Origin: a virus
Direction: 5' to 3' (one strand)
IMG/VR virus record: IMGVR_UViG_3300010376_000035
Span: 2,543 to 66,542 of that record
Length of the DNA: 64,000 nt
A program made the position numbers and the translations under genes. Within the stretch, counting starts at the first letter, position 1. Each line of letters starts with the position of its first letter. Shown one piece after another: positions 19,674 through 27,786 of this stretch. The notes under the pieces were generated by a model. The model saw only the letters and a list, made by a program, of their open reading frames with translations, did no database searches and was not told the origin of the DNA.

Positions 19674-19961
19674 ATGGCCAGGGAACTAAAACTTAATCCC
19701 GCCTCCAAAGGCCACGCGCCCGCGGGCGCCCACGGCCGCGCCGCGGTGCATGCGCTGGGAAGAACGAAAACCACGGGAAACTTCAAGAAGATCGAGGCGG
19801 CCAGAGGCAAGGGCGCGGCGATCGCGGCCTACCAGAACAAACTCGCCGCCCACAAGCACAACGGCCCGGTGGCGCATGTGGCCGGCGGAATGCACTATGG
19901 CGCTCACGCAGGGTTAGACGCGATCACCGCCCAGGAAGGATGCTGCAGTCTTTGCAAGTGA
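19674..19961 (+). CDS. Small basic His/Ala-rich hypothetical protein (95 aa)
   Basis: AAGGAG upstream; compact ORF. Confidence 0.6.
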   Translation: MARELKLNPASKGHAPAGAHGRAAVHALGRTKTTGNFKKIEAARGKGAAIAAYQNKLAAHKHNGPVAHVAGGMHYGAHAGLDAITAQEGCCSLCK

Positions 19962-20185
19962 TCGCATTTTTGGCACAAACGGAACCTTTTTGGAAGTCGG
20001 GATTTTATTTTCTTACGAGCGTGTCCACATGGGTGGGGAATCAGATATGATGTGCCATTGCGAACGGCGTAAGTCTATTAGTTTTATAAAGATTCGCGCT
20101 AACTCTAATTCCCTGCTCTGACTGCCGCAGTGTTGTAAAAAATGTAAGGCGAAGTGCAGTTTGTTGCGTATGGGGAAAAATTCTT

Positions 20186-20413
20186 ATGCGCCCGGTCAGC
20201 GAAATTTTGGCCCACGCCAGACAAAGCGAAAAATCCATCAAGTGCCCCTATAGCAAGGCGCTGATGCATGACACTTCATGCGTCTGCATGGGGACCGGAA
20301 CCGTGACAGTCTGCGAGATGTGCGACGGGGCCGGCTGGGACAGGCCGAACAATCAGGCCTGCAAGAGCTGCCGCGGCCATGGAGCCTTGGCTGCACCCAA
20401 AGTTATGAGGTAA
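20186..20413 (+). CDS. Small Zn-finger protein with DnaJ-like CxxCxGxG repeats (75 aa)
   Basis: CVCMGTG, CEMCDGAG, CKSCRGHG. Confidence 0.6.
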   Translation: MRPVSEILAHARQSEKSIKCPYSKALMHDTSCVCMGTGTVTVCEMCDGAGWDRPNNQACKSCRGHGALAAPKVMR

Positions 20414-20496
20414 AGGGAGGAAAAAATCGAGCCCCCGGACCCATGCCGGGATCCAGGGGCTCCAACCCGGCTTAAAAAACGGAGGTAGCACCTACC

Positions 20497-21084
20497 ATGG
20501 GGACAACCGTAGTGGTGGGCACTGGTGCCTTTCAAGCCAGCAGTACAGCAAACCGGATCCTGAGAGGATCGCGCGGCGAACACGAGGGCCGCGAAACCAT
20601 CATTTGCGGCCATTGCGGGCGTGGCCAGTACGACCGGGGACAGAGGAATTGTATAGCTTGTCATATAGCGCTGCTTATAGCACTCGAGCCGTTAACCGGA
20701 TCAGATGCGCCGTCTGAGAAGTTGGATTGTCATGCCGAGGGCCTGCGGGTATGCCATCGGCTGCGCGATCTGCGCGGCCTGCTGGATGTGACCCAGGCCG
20801 AGCTGGCGGCCGCGGCCGGCTCGGTGCGGACCTACATCAACAAGTACGAAAACGGGTGCATCGTTCCCTCGATCCATTCCCTGGCCCGTTTAGCCGGCGC
20901 CTTCCATCTCAGCCTGGCGGAACTTCTGGATCAGGTTCTTTCGGTAAAAGATCTGGCTGCGCTCTCGCTGATGCGCGAGGGGGCAATCATTCGCGCACTG
21001 CTCGAGAACTGGCAGAGCTTCGATCCGTCGCAGCTGAATACGCTCCTGCATCTGGCCAGGTCGCTGGCCGAAACTGCGCCTTGA
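20497..21084 (+). CDS. XRE-family (HTH_3) transcriptional regulator with N-terminal Zn ribbon (195 aa)
   Basis: GGAGG upstream; RLRDLRGLLDVTQAELAAAAGSVRTYINKYENG..VPSIHSLARLAGAF..SLAELL is a classic XRE HTH; CGHC...CIAC upstream. Confidence 0.85.
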   Translation: MGTTVVVGTGAFQASSTANRILRGSRGEHEGRETIICGHCGRGQYDRGQRNCIACHIALLIALEPLTGSDAPSEKLDCHAEGLRVCHRLRDLRGLLDVTQAELAAAAGSVRTYINKYENGCIVPSIHSLARLAGAFHLSLAELLDQVLSVKDLAALSLMREGAIIRALLENWQSFDPSQLNTLLHLARSLAETAP

Positions 21085-21138
21085 CGGTGATGTCATTTTA
21101 ACGTTATGTTGATACCGGAAGGATGAGAGGTATCAGGC

Positions 21139-21327
21139 ATGTACGTCACCGTCGAGACCGAGCGCGAAGCTCGCATTTCCGAGAAGTTCTATCCGCTTGC
21201 AACCGTGCTGAACCCCAGGCCAAATCGATCGATCCGCGCCGCCCGCTGGCCACGGGCGACGGTGCGGGTGATCTCCATCACGATCCTCGCAGTGGCCGCG
21301 TGGGCTCTAATTGTGCTGGCGAACTAA
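21139..21327 (+). CDS. Small membrane protein (62 aa, C-terminal TM helix)
   Basis: GAGG upstream; VISITILAVAAWALIVLA hydrophobic stretch. Confidence 0.55.
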   Translation: MYVTVETEREARISEKFYPLATVLNPRPNRSIRAARWPRATVRVISITILAVAAWALIVLAN

Positions 21328-21363
21328 GCAAAACTAAGAAGCAAGAAAGTTAGGGGACAAACG

Positions 21364-22977
21364 ATGTCGAGAATTTTTCGCATGACCAGATTTTTCGCGC
21401 AGGATTTCATGGGGCTGCGCTTCGTGGAATTCGTTCCGAAAGGACGCATGACCGTGCTGACCGGCAAGAACTCGGCCGGCAAAACTTCCATCATCACCGC
21501 CATCTGGAGCGTGTTCCTGGGCGCGAAGTATGTTCCGCAAGTGCCCACGCGCCGCGGGGCGACCGATCACGAAATCCGCGTCACCATCGACGGGGAGCAG
21601 TCCTTCATCGCCAAGCGCAACCAGCGCAGCCCGCTGCGCATCGAGATGCAGCCCGGCTCCAAGGCCTGGGGCACTCCGCAGGAGATGATGGACTCGATCA
21701 CCAACAAGTTCATGCTGGACCCGATCGCGTTTGTGAAGCTGGGCCGCGGCGACGGGCCGGGCATCAAGGGGCCGGCGGACGGCAAGAAGGCGCAGGTGGA
21801 TTATCTGAGCCAGGCCATCACGCTGGCCGTGGATCCGACCAAGCTGGACACGGAGAACGAAGCCGATTTCAGGCGGCGCCGCGAGATCGGCCGCGATGTG
21901 GATATGCTCAAAGGCCAGATCGCCGGCATCCCGGTGAACCCCAATCTGCCCGCGGAACGGCCGGAAATCGACGCCATTCAGGCGCGGATCCGCGCCGCCA
22001 ACGAGCACAACTCCACGGTGGTGGCGCAGCTCGAGCGCCGCCAGCAGCTGGCCCAGGCTCTGGCCGAGGCCGAGAAGAACGAGCAGCGCAACCGCGATCT
22101 GATCGGCGTGACCTCCAGCAACGTAGAGGGCCTGGCGGTCGAGATCGAAGCCCTCAATCCGGCCATGAACACGGCAGCCGATATTCGCGTTCAGCTCGAG
22201 GAATTGCACGAGAGAAGCGCCCAGCTGGGCAATCGCGGAGAGCGGCTGACGGAAACCATTGCCGAGGCTTGCGGAAAGGCGTTGGGATGCTTCAACGACG
22301 CGCAGGAACGCATTCAGCAGGCCAGGCAGGAGATGGAGATCGCGCGCAAGACGCTCACCGCCGCCGAGAAGCAGCGGCGGCCGCTGGCCGAAGCGGTGGC
22401 CGAGGCGCGGCTGGCTCTGGAGCAGGCGCCCGTGCCGGTCATGCAGGACATCACGCCCATTGCCGAGGAACTGACCCAGGCGCAAGCCGTCAATCGCGAA
22501 ATGGACCGCCGCGACCGCGCCCAGGAACTCACCAGGCAGAAAGACGAACTCGAGGCTCAGGTGCGCGCTCTGACGCGCGCCATGGAACTGAGGGACCAGC
22601 AGAAGGCAGACGCCATCATCAACGCCAAAATGCCGCTCGAGGGGCTCACCTTCAACATCGATAAGGGCAAAGAGGAAGTGCTTTATCAGGGTGTTCCGCT
22701 CACCCAGCTGGGCGAGGCGCAGCAGATCAAGGTTTCAATCGCCATCGGCCTGGCCATGCAGCCGGAACTGCGCCTGGTCTGCATCCCCAACGGGGAAGCG
22801 CTGGATGATGACAGCCTGGCCGAACTCGAGGAGATGGCCGAGGAGAAGGATTTTCACGTAATCATCGCCAAGGTGGACTCCAGCGGCACGATGGGCATTT
22901 TTCTGGAGGAGGGAGAAGTCAAGCGCGAAAATCCTTCCCCGGCTAAAAAAACTAAAACGAAGGAGGAACTTGCCTAG
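21364..22977 (+). CDS. SMC/SbcC/RecN-like coiled-coil ABC-type ATPase (537 aa)
   Basis: N-terminal Walker A GKNSAGKTS, about 250-aa coiled coil, C-terminal signature-like LGEAQQIKVSIAIG and degenerate Walker B / D-loop LVCIPNGEALDD. Confidence 0.85.
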   Translation: MSRIFRMTRFFAQDFMGLRFVEFVPKGRMTVLTGKNSAGKTSIITAIWSVFLGAKYVPQVPTRRGATDHEIRVTIDGEQSFIAKRNQRSPLRIEMQPGSKAWGTPQEMMDSITNKFMLDPIAFVKLGRGDGPGIKGPADGKKAQVDYLSQAITLAVDPTKLDTENEADFRRRREIGRDVDMLKGQIAGIPVNPNLPAERPEIDAIQARIRAANEHNSTVVAQLERRQQLAQALAEAEKNEQRNRDLIGVTSSNVEGLAVEIEALNPAMNTAADIRVQLEELHERSAQLGNRGERLTETIAEACGKALGCFNDAQERIQQARQEMEIARKTLTAAEKQRRPLAEAVAEARLALEQAPVPVMQDITPIAEELTQAQAVNREMDRRDRAQELTRQKDELEAQVRALTRAMELRDQQKADAIINAKMPLEGLTFNIDKGKEEVLYQGVPLTQLGEAQQIKVSIAIGLAMQPELRLVCIPNGEALDDDSLAELEEMAEEKDFHVIIAKVDSSGTMGIFLEEGEVKRENPSPAKKTKTKEELA

Positions 22978-23085
22978 CGAAACCACACGCCCAAAAGACA
23001 TTTGTTGAACAGTCGCAAGGCCGCTCACCATCCCGGTAAGCGGCCTTCGATCCAAAGGAAGGGGACAAGAGGGGACAGATGCACA

Positions 23086-23343
23086 ATGGCAGAGACATGG
23101 CCGGATCCGATCACCAGCTCGAAACACGTAGCCGAGGCGATCGATTGGGTGAGGCACAGGACCAGGGACAGGGTGCGGCTGATTGTGGCCATCGGACTGA
23201 ACAGCATAGCGGTGGCCAAGCCGCGGGAAGTGGACGCGGAGGACGCGATTGCGATTCTGAACGACTTGCAGGACGAGATCGCCCAGGCCATAAGGCAGAT
23301 AAAAAACCAGACACATACCGCGATGCCGTTACCGGAAAGGTAA
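23086..23343 (+). CDS. Hypothetical protein (85 aa)
   Basis: Tandem AGGGGACA upstream of ATG 23086. Confidence 0.55.
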   Translation: MAETWPDPITSSKHVAEAIDWVRHRTRDRVRLIVAIGLNSIAVAKPREVDAEDAIAILNDLQDEIAQAIRQIKNQTHTAMPLPER

Positions 23344-23363
23344 AGAAGGTTCGCCGCAGCCGC

Positions 23364-23564
23364 ATGGCATATTTGCAGTTTTGCGAGGCGCGCCTGGCCA
23401 GGGAGCGCGCTTTGGCGCTGGGAGGCGCTATACGGCGTTTCGGGGAGCGCGGCAGGGAAATCCTCTACTGCAAGGGCTGCGGCGCGCCTGTGGTCAATTC
23501 TGGGCCGGGAAGGCTACGCCACGCGCAACGTTCGACCCGCTGTAAGGAGGCTATGGAATTATGA
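23364..23564 (+). CDS. Hypothetical Zn-finger protein (66 aa; CKGC...H...C)
   Basis: Internal ATG of the tracked ORF 23079..23564; ATGA overlap with the next gene. Confidence 0.45.
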   Translation: MAYLQFCEARLARERALALGGAIRRFGERGREILYCKGCGAPVVNSGPGRLRHAQRSTRCKEAMEL

Positions 23565-23791
23565 CGAGTCAGCATTTCGACCGTGCGCAGCCTGGTTGGC
23601 AAATGGTGGCGCCAGGTCTTTATCTGGATTCTGAGCAGCAACTGCACATCTTCGCCCACGAGATTCTGACTGCTAACGGCTATGCCAACACAGCCGCCAA
23701 CCGAAAAATGGTTGAAGAAGCGATTTCTAAACAGTTTGGAGAGATTTACCCCGAAGTTCCAGTTACGCATACGTCAAAGGAGCAGCCATGA
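23561..23791 (+). CDS. Hypothetical protein (76 aa)
   Basis: AAGGAGG upstream; coupled at both ends. Confidence 0.65.
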   Translation: MTSQHFDRAQPGWQMVAPGLYLDSEQQLHIFAHEILTANGYANTAANRKMVEEAISKQFGEIYPEVPVTHTSKEQP

Positions 23792-23967
23792 GCTTGGACC
23801 GATATCGCATCTTTACCGGCGTGGCCATGGATGAGATCGAGGTATCGAAGGGATACGTGATCAAAACCGGGCCGTTGCTGTCGCATCTGTTCGGGCGCCT
23901 GTTCTGCAATGTCGAGGAATGGGCGCGGGCTCACGGCTACCAGGTGGAAAAACTAGAGCCGAAATAA
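23788..23967 (+). CDS. Hypothetical protein (59 aa, MSLDRYRIFTG...; below ORF-track cutoff)
   Basis: AAGGAG upstream, ATGA overlap, stop TAA 23965-23967 followed by a hairpin. Confidence 0.55.
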   Translation: MSLDRYRIFTGVAMDEIEVSKGYVIKTGPLLSHLFGRLFCNVEEWARAHGYQVEKLEPK

Positions 23968-23971
23968 ACGA

Positions 23972-24007
23972 AAGGGCCGGCACTAGGAGCACTAGGCGCC
24001 GGCCCTT
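23972..24007 (+). terminator. GC-rich hairpin after the + strand operon
   Basis: AAGGGCCGGC (23972-23981) / GCCGGCCCTT (23998-24007); weak U-tail. Confidence 0.4.
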
Positions 24008-24090
24008 GCAGGATTCGCCCATGTTGGAAGGATGGAGGATCTGCGGCTTTGATTCTGGCATAGGCCGCCGGCTTGGTTCAACTTCTATAA

Positions 24091-24132
24091 AACTAAAAAG
24101 CCCGAAGCCAGGGCGGCTCGGGCTTTTTAGTT
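24091..24132. terminator. Bidirectional intrinsic terminator
   Basis: 15-bp stem AACTAAAAAGCCCGA / TCGGGCTTTTTAGTT with an A-tract and a T-tract on either side. Confidence 0.75.
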
Positions 24133-24649
24133 GTCCATACAAGAACTGGGAGCGGGGAATCCAATTCGGTTAAGGTTGGTGTCTAGGCAACGTAACTGAG
24201 CGGGTTCGCTCCCGTGGATTCATATTGACACTCCCCCGCGCCGAGATCAAGTCTGGATTTGTCTAGGCAAAGTAAATTTTGAGCGTTGAGTATCCAAATC
24301 GGAAACCTCTCGTTCAATCCAAATTTGCCTCGGCCGCGCCCCTGCATGGCATTGCATCCCAGGGGTGGGCGTCCGCGTACAGGATGAGAGCTTGCGGTCC
24401 CGGCGCCCAACAAACAGCACAGAGAGTTTGGGCCGTGCAAAGTAGAGGCGCGGATGCGTAGATGGCCGTGTTGCCGCGCGGCGCGCCTTTGAACGGGGAT
24501 CGGCAAAACGCAAGAGCAAGAGCTAATCCTGCGGAAGACGCAGGTTCCAGGCAACGGTTGGGATATACGCCCTGGTCCGTAATAGAAGTTATTGAAAAAG
24601 CTCACCGAACTCAGCGTTTGGCTCTCTGCGCTCACAGGAGAGGTGTGCG

Positions 24650-24814
24650 ATGAAGCATCCGAGGATCACTTGCGAAACGTGCGGACGGCGGCGGTGCGTG
24701 GATCGTAAAAGACCATTGCCGAAGCCCGATGGCCGTTGGTTCGTATGTCCTGGCTGCGGAAGAGCCGATGGAAAGCGTGAACCTAGGCACGAGCAGAGGG
24801 AAACCTCCCGCTAG
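24650..24814 (+). CDS. Small Zn-ribbon protein (54 aa; CETC...CPGC; below ORF-track cutoff)
   Basis: AGGAGAGG upstream; translated by hand MKHPRITCETCGRRRC...WFVCPGCGRADG. Confidence 0.5.
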   Translation: MKHPRITCETCGRRRCVDRKRPLPKPDGRWFVCPGCGRADGKREPRHEQRETSR

Positions 24815-24969
24815 TCGCTAACGGTTTCCCTCCGCACCACCCATCCCTCTCGCCCTGATCCGGCAACTACTGTTGTTGGAACGGGGAAATCCCGAACTCG
24901 TCCCCGATGTTGATTAACTTGGTTCTATGTTTACTTTGCTGATTCCCTTCTCCGGGGGGATTTTCCCCA

Positions 24970-25224
24970 TCACTCTTCCCCCTTGTAAGGTTGCGGAACG
25001 CCGTATTTGGCGCACAAGTCGTTGATCGCTTCGCCCAACAGCTGCGCCATATTCTTGGGAATCTCTTGTTTAGCCCGAACCATTAACAAGGCGCGATGCA
25101 CCGTGAGTTTGAAGTGTGCCCCGATAAGGCGCGTCTCCGAGGCTTGTTTGGATTTGGGCGCAGGCGTGGATGGTTCCTTTCCCGCGGCGATCTTAACGGC
25201 GGCTAGCAATGACGTTTTCTTCAC
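24970..25224 (-). CDS. Ribbon-helix-helix centromere-binding partition protein (ParG-like, 84 aa)
   Basis: Directly downstream of and overlapping parA; flexible basic N-tail then RLIGAHF (beta strand), helix, QLLGEAINDLCAKYG. Confidence 0.75.
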   Translation of the reverse strand: MKKTSLLAAVKIAAGKEPSTPAPKSKQASETRLIGAHFKLTVHRALLMVRAKQEIPKNMAQLLGEAINDLCAKYGVPQPYKGEE

Positions 25225-25879
25225 GATTCGCTCCCTTGATTGCTATATTCCTATCGTCCTTGAGAACTATAGAAATATAGGAATATAATTCTTGCACTTC
25301 CCTGGCGGCTTTGCTTTCCGGGTCGATCTCCGCGGCCGTCCGCCCCGAATTGCCGGCATCGCCATGGGCGGCGCGGCCGTAGATCACCACCGGACAAAAG
25401 GAAAGGCCGTATTGGCCGGCGACAATTTCTTCCGTTTCGAGATGGCGCCGGCCCTGGATTGGGGCGCGATTGACTACCACGATCGCGGCCGGATTGCCGG
25501 CCAGAGCCAAAACGTCTTTGAGGTTGGCCAAGGTTTCAATGTCGTAGAGCTGGGGCTGTACGGGCATCAGCACAAGGTCTGCGGCCCTCGCTGCGGCAAT
25601 GCTGGCGTCGGTGCTTTTGCCGGGCGTGTCGATGATGGCCAGGTCGGCGCCTTCCTTGCTGGCCGCGGCCAGCACGGAAGATAAGCGGGAAACCTGGCAG
25701 GAGACGACCGCGGGACTCTCCTGGCGGCGCCGATCACTCCAATTGGCCGCAGTGGTCTGCGGATCTAAGTCAACTACAGCGACGGTACGGCCCTGGCGGC
25801 CGGCTTCGACGGCCAGGGCCAGGGCCAGAGTGGTTTTTCCGTTCCCGCCCTTCTGGCCGACTATGGCTATAACATTCAT
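25193..25879 (-). CDS. parA: Type Ib partition ATPase (ParA/ParF-like, 228 aa)
   Basis: Deviant Walker A QKGGNGKTT, VDLDPQ, IIDTPG, ADLVLMP; no N-terminal HTH. Confidence 0.92.
   Translation of the reverse strand: MNVIAIVGQKGGNGKTTLALALAVEAGRQGRTVAVVDLDPQTTAANWSDRRRQESPAVVSCQVSRLSSVLAAASKEGADLAIIDTPGKSTDASIAAARAADLVLMPVQPQLYDIETLANLKDVLALAGNPAAIVVVNRAPIQGRRHLETEEIVAGQYGLSFCPVVIYGRAAHGDAGNSGRTAAEIDPESKAAREVQELYSYISIVLKDDRNIAIKGANREENVIASRR
25243..25290. repeat. Centromere-like repeat block inside the 3' end of parA
   Basis: TTCCTATCGTCCT (25248-25260), CTATAGAAATATA (25267-25279) and TATAGGAA; the same words recur at 25880-25939. Confidence 0.65.
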
Positions 25880-25945
25880 TTCCTATCGTCCTCGATTCCT
25901 TGCTTCCTATATTCCTATAGAAATATAAGGCTATAGGAATAAAGT
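25880..25945. promoter_or_regulatory. Centromere-like / autoregulatory repeat block over the parA promoter
   Basis: TTCCTATCGTCCT (25880-25892), TTCCTATA x2, CTATAGAAATATA (25915-25927), TATAGGAA; overlaps a TTGTAC-16-TATATT promoter-like pair on the minus strand. Confidence 0.65.
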
Positions 25946-25947
25946 AC

Positions 25948-25978
25948 AAACTAAAAGCCGGCCCCGAGGGACCGGCTT
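25948..25978 (-). terminator. Intrinsic terminator upstream of parA
   Basis: On the minus strand: AAGCCGG-TCCCTCGGGG-CCGGCTT followed by TTAGTTT. Confidence 0.6.
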
Positions 25979-26006
25979 GGTTAACAGAAAGAGCCATTAT
26001 CGGACG

Positions 26007-26237
26007 CTATTGCGCGGGCGATTTGAGGGCAAATATCCTGCAGTTATATTCCCGCAAACCTTGGAGATCCGCGCGGTAATCTAAATGTTGACCACATTCA
26101 AGGCACACCCATTTGGGGGTAGGCCCCTGGTTTCGTAAAAGCTGGAGACAGCACAGATGTTCACACTGATCAGATTGCTCGTCTCTTTGTTTGCGTAGGT
26201 CGGCCAGTAGTTGAGTAAGGCGTTCGTCAATGTTCAT
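26007..26237 (-). CDS. Hypothetical Zn-finger protein (76 aa)
   Basis: AAGGAG upstream; CEH...CLECG motif. Confidence 0.6.
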   Translation of the reverse strand: MNIDERLTQLLADLRKQRDEQSDQCEHLCCLQLLRNQGPTPKWVCLECGQHLDYRADLQGLREYNCRIFALKSPAQ

Positions 26238-26296
26238 CGCGACAGCTCCTTGCAGATGCGCAGCACCAGCATAAGAATTTTTATAGTTTTAGTCAT
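26234..26296 (-). CDS. 20-aa coupled mini-ORF (MTKTIKILMLVLRICKELSR)
   Basis: ATGA overlaps at both ends, bridging two genes. Confidence 0.35.
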   Translation of the reverse strand: MTKTIKILMLVLRICKELSR

Positions 26297-26772
26297 TGGG
26301 CGCCCGCCTTTTTCGGTTCCCACTCCCCGAACTGCTCAAACAGGTAATCGATGGCGGGCTGGGCATCCCTCGACCAGAGCCGCTCCACCAGCTCCCACTC
26401 GCGCAGCTCGACGGCCTGGGCGGCTTCCTCATCCCAGCCGGAAGTGTCTACCAGGGCTTTGGCCCAGGCATCGGGAAAGATGCGGTCCCCGGTGACGGCA
26501 GGGAAGCGGACGCCATTGGGAAAGCGGCCGGCGGGCTTGTGATAGCGCGGCGCCACTTCGTCCAGCCACACGAGCAGCTGAGAGGCGATGTTTTCCTGTT
26601 TGTTCGCGTCATACTTGAGCACATATTTTTCGGCGTAGGCAAGCCACAGCAGCGCCTGCAGCTCATCGAAGAAGACCGGCCGCAGCATGGTGTCCGTGGT
26701 GCTGTTGATTACGGCCCAGGCGTCCGTACTCCAAGCGTCATTTTTCTCAAACTTGATCAGGCGAAGTCCCAT
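26293..26772 (-). CDS. Hypothetical protein (about 159 aa; likely start MGLRLIKF)
   Basis: GAGGAGG upstream; protein-like composition; ATG immediately after the upstream stop. Confidence 0.65.
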   Translation of the reverse strand: MGLRLIKFEKNDAWSTDAWAVINSTTDTMLRPVFFDELQALLWLAYAEKYVLKYDANKQENIASQLLVWLDEVAPRYHKPAGRFPNGVRFPAVTGDRIFPDAWAKALVDTSGWDEEAAQAVELREWELVERLWSRDAQPAIDYLFEQFGEWEPKKAGAQ

Positions 26773-26773
26773 T

Positions 26774-27037
26774 TTAGTTTTCATCCTCCTCATCGTCGCC
26801 TTCCAGAGCGGCGAGGCGCTGTTCGTGATCCACAACGATAATGCGAACGTAACGCCCCAGGCGTTTGATGTGCTGGTCCGTTTTCAATTGCATCTGGGAA
26901 ACCAGCTCGAGTGTGTGCGTGATCGCATCAACACGTTCCTCTGTTTTCAGTTGCATCTGGGAAACTAGCTCGAGCGTATGCGTAATCGCTTCGAGGCGTT
27001 CCTCGATGGTAGGCTTTGGCTCATTGCTTTCTGTCAT
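26774..27037 (-). CDS. Coiled-coil protein with a tandem about 21-aa duplication (87 aa)
   Basis: EERLEAITHTLELVSQMQLKT / EERVDAITHTLELVSQMQLKT; ends HEQRLAALEG. Confidence 0.75.
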   Translation of the reverse strand: MTESNEPKPTIEERLEAITHTLELVSQMQLKTEERVDAITHTLELVSQMQLKTDQHIKRLGRYVRIIVVDHEQRLAALEGDDEEDEN

Positions 27038-27054
27038 TTTCAAATGTCCCCTTT

Positions 27055-27312
27055 TTAACCTTTATGATTGGCTTCGAGCTTATCGACCGAAAGCCGGCCG
27101 CGCTTGTTTAACAGCAAGGTGATGGCTTCGCGCAAGAGCTGGGCCACAGTCGTGCTTTCCGTGGCAGCTAAGATTTTTAGTTCCCGCGCGACTGGCGGCA
27201 GAAAATGGCCGGCGATGACCACACGGCCCACGCGGCCCGGCTGTTTCGGATTCCCGCTGGCCGTCATGGTGATGGCCGCGGGCGCGGTTTTCTTGGCGGT
27301 TTTAGTTGCCAT
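27055..27312 (-). CDS. Second ribbon-helix-helix protein, paralogous to the parA partner (85 aa)
   Basis: RVVIAGHF.P.VARELKILAATESTTVAQLLREAITLLLNKRG aligns by eye with RLIGAHF...QLLGEAINDLCAKYG. Confidence 0.75.
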   Translation of the reverse strand: MATKTAKKTAPAAITMTASGNPKQPGRVGRVVIAGHFLPPVARELKILAATESTTVAQLLREAITLLLNKRGRLSVDKLEANHKG

Positions 27313-27338
27313 TGTTGTCCCCTTTCATGTATCCCTTT

Positions 27339-27635
27339 TCAGTATTCGCTGCGAAGCAAGATGGTTGTGCAGGAACGATCGCGCTCAGTGATGATGTAGA
27401 TTTTTTGGCCATCGGGCAGGATGTACATGCTCAGGATCCGATCGCAATCTTCCGGGTCCGGCTGGATCGCGGCTTCATTCATCGCCTTATCCTCGGCGCC
27501 CAGGTCGCCACAGTCGCCGGATTCGTGGCGCTTGAGAAAGATAATCGGGAACGTCTTGTTGTCTTCCAGGGCGCCCAAAGCGCCCTGGGTGGCCAGGCAT
27601 TGGCCTAATGCAAATCGCGGTGTGCTAGCAAACAT
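27339..27635 (-). CDS. Conserved plasmid/phage early-region protein (RH..GD.G...ITE.DRS.TTILL..EY family, 98 aa)
   Basis: F.LGQ..ATQGAL...RHESGDCGDL..ED...N...RILS.Y...IYIITERDRSCTTILL.SEY matches a family common on mobile elements; function unknown. Confidence 0.75.
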   Translation of the reverse strand: MFASTPRFALGQCLATQGALGALEDNKTFPIIFLKRHESGDCGDLGAEDKAMNEAAIQPDPEDCDRILSMYILPDGQKIYIITERDRSCTTILLRSEY

Positions 27636-27658
27636 GTGTCTCCATCCTTCCGCTTTCG

Positions 27659-27687
27659 AGGTTAGCGTGTAAAAGTATACTTGTCAA
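27659..27687 (-). promoter_or_regulatory. Sigma70-like promoter with palindromic operator in the spacer
   Basis: Minus strand TTGACA-17-TAACCT; spacer starts AGTATACTTTTA (palindrome AAGTATACTT at 27673-27682). Confidence 0.7.
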
Positions 27688-27786
27688 CATCGGGAACAAG
27701 TTGAGTTGTGGCGGCTCGGGGCGCGGGCGCGGCGGCCGGCGCCGAAGAGTACAACCCCCATGCCGTAGGACACAACTAAGAGGTTA

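Noticed and set aside
21139-21327. Holin
   Set aside because: Single TM helix, far from the lysin gene and in the regulatory block; insufficient support.
21334-22485. 383-aa minus-strand ORF; likewise 1880..2965, 5485..6450, 8807..9730, 16465..17334
   Set aside because: Antisense shadows of well-supported plus-strand genes.
27339-27635. Restriction-modification methyltransferase subunit, a label sometimes attached to this family
   Set aside because: Only 98 aa with no SAM-binding or catalytic motifs.
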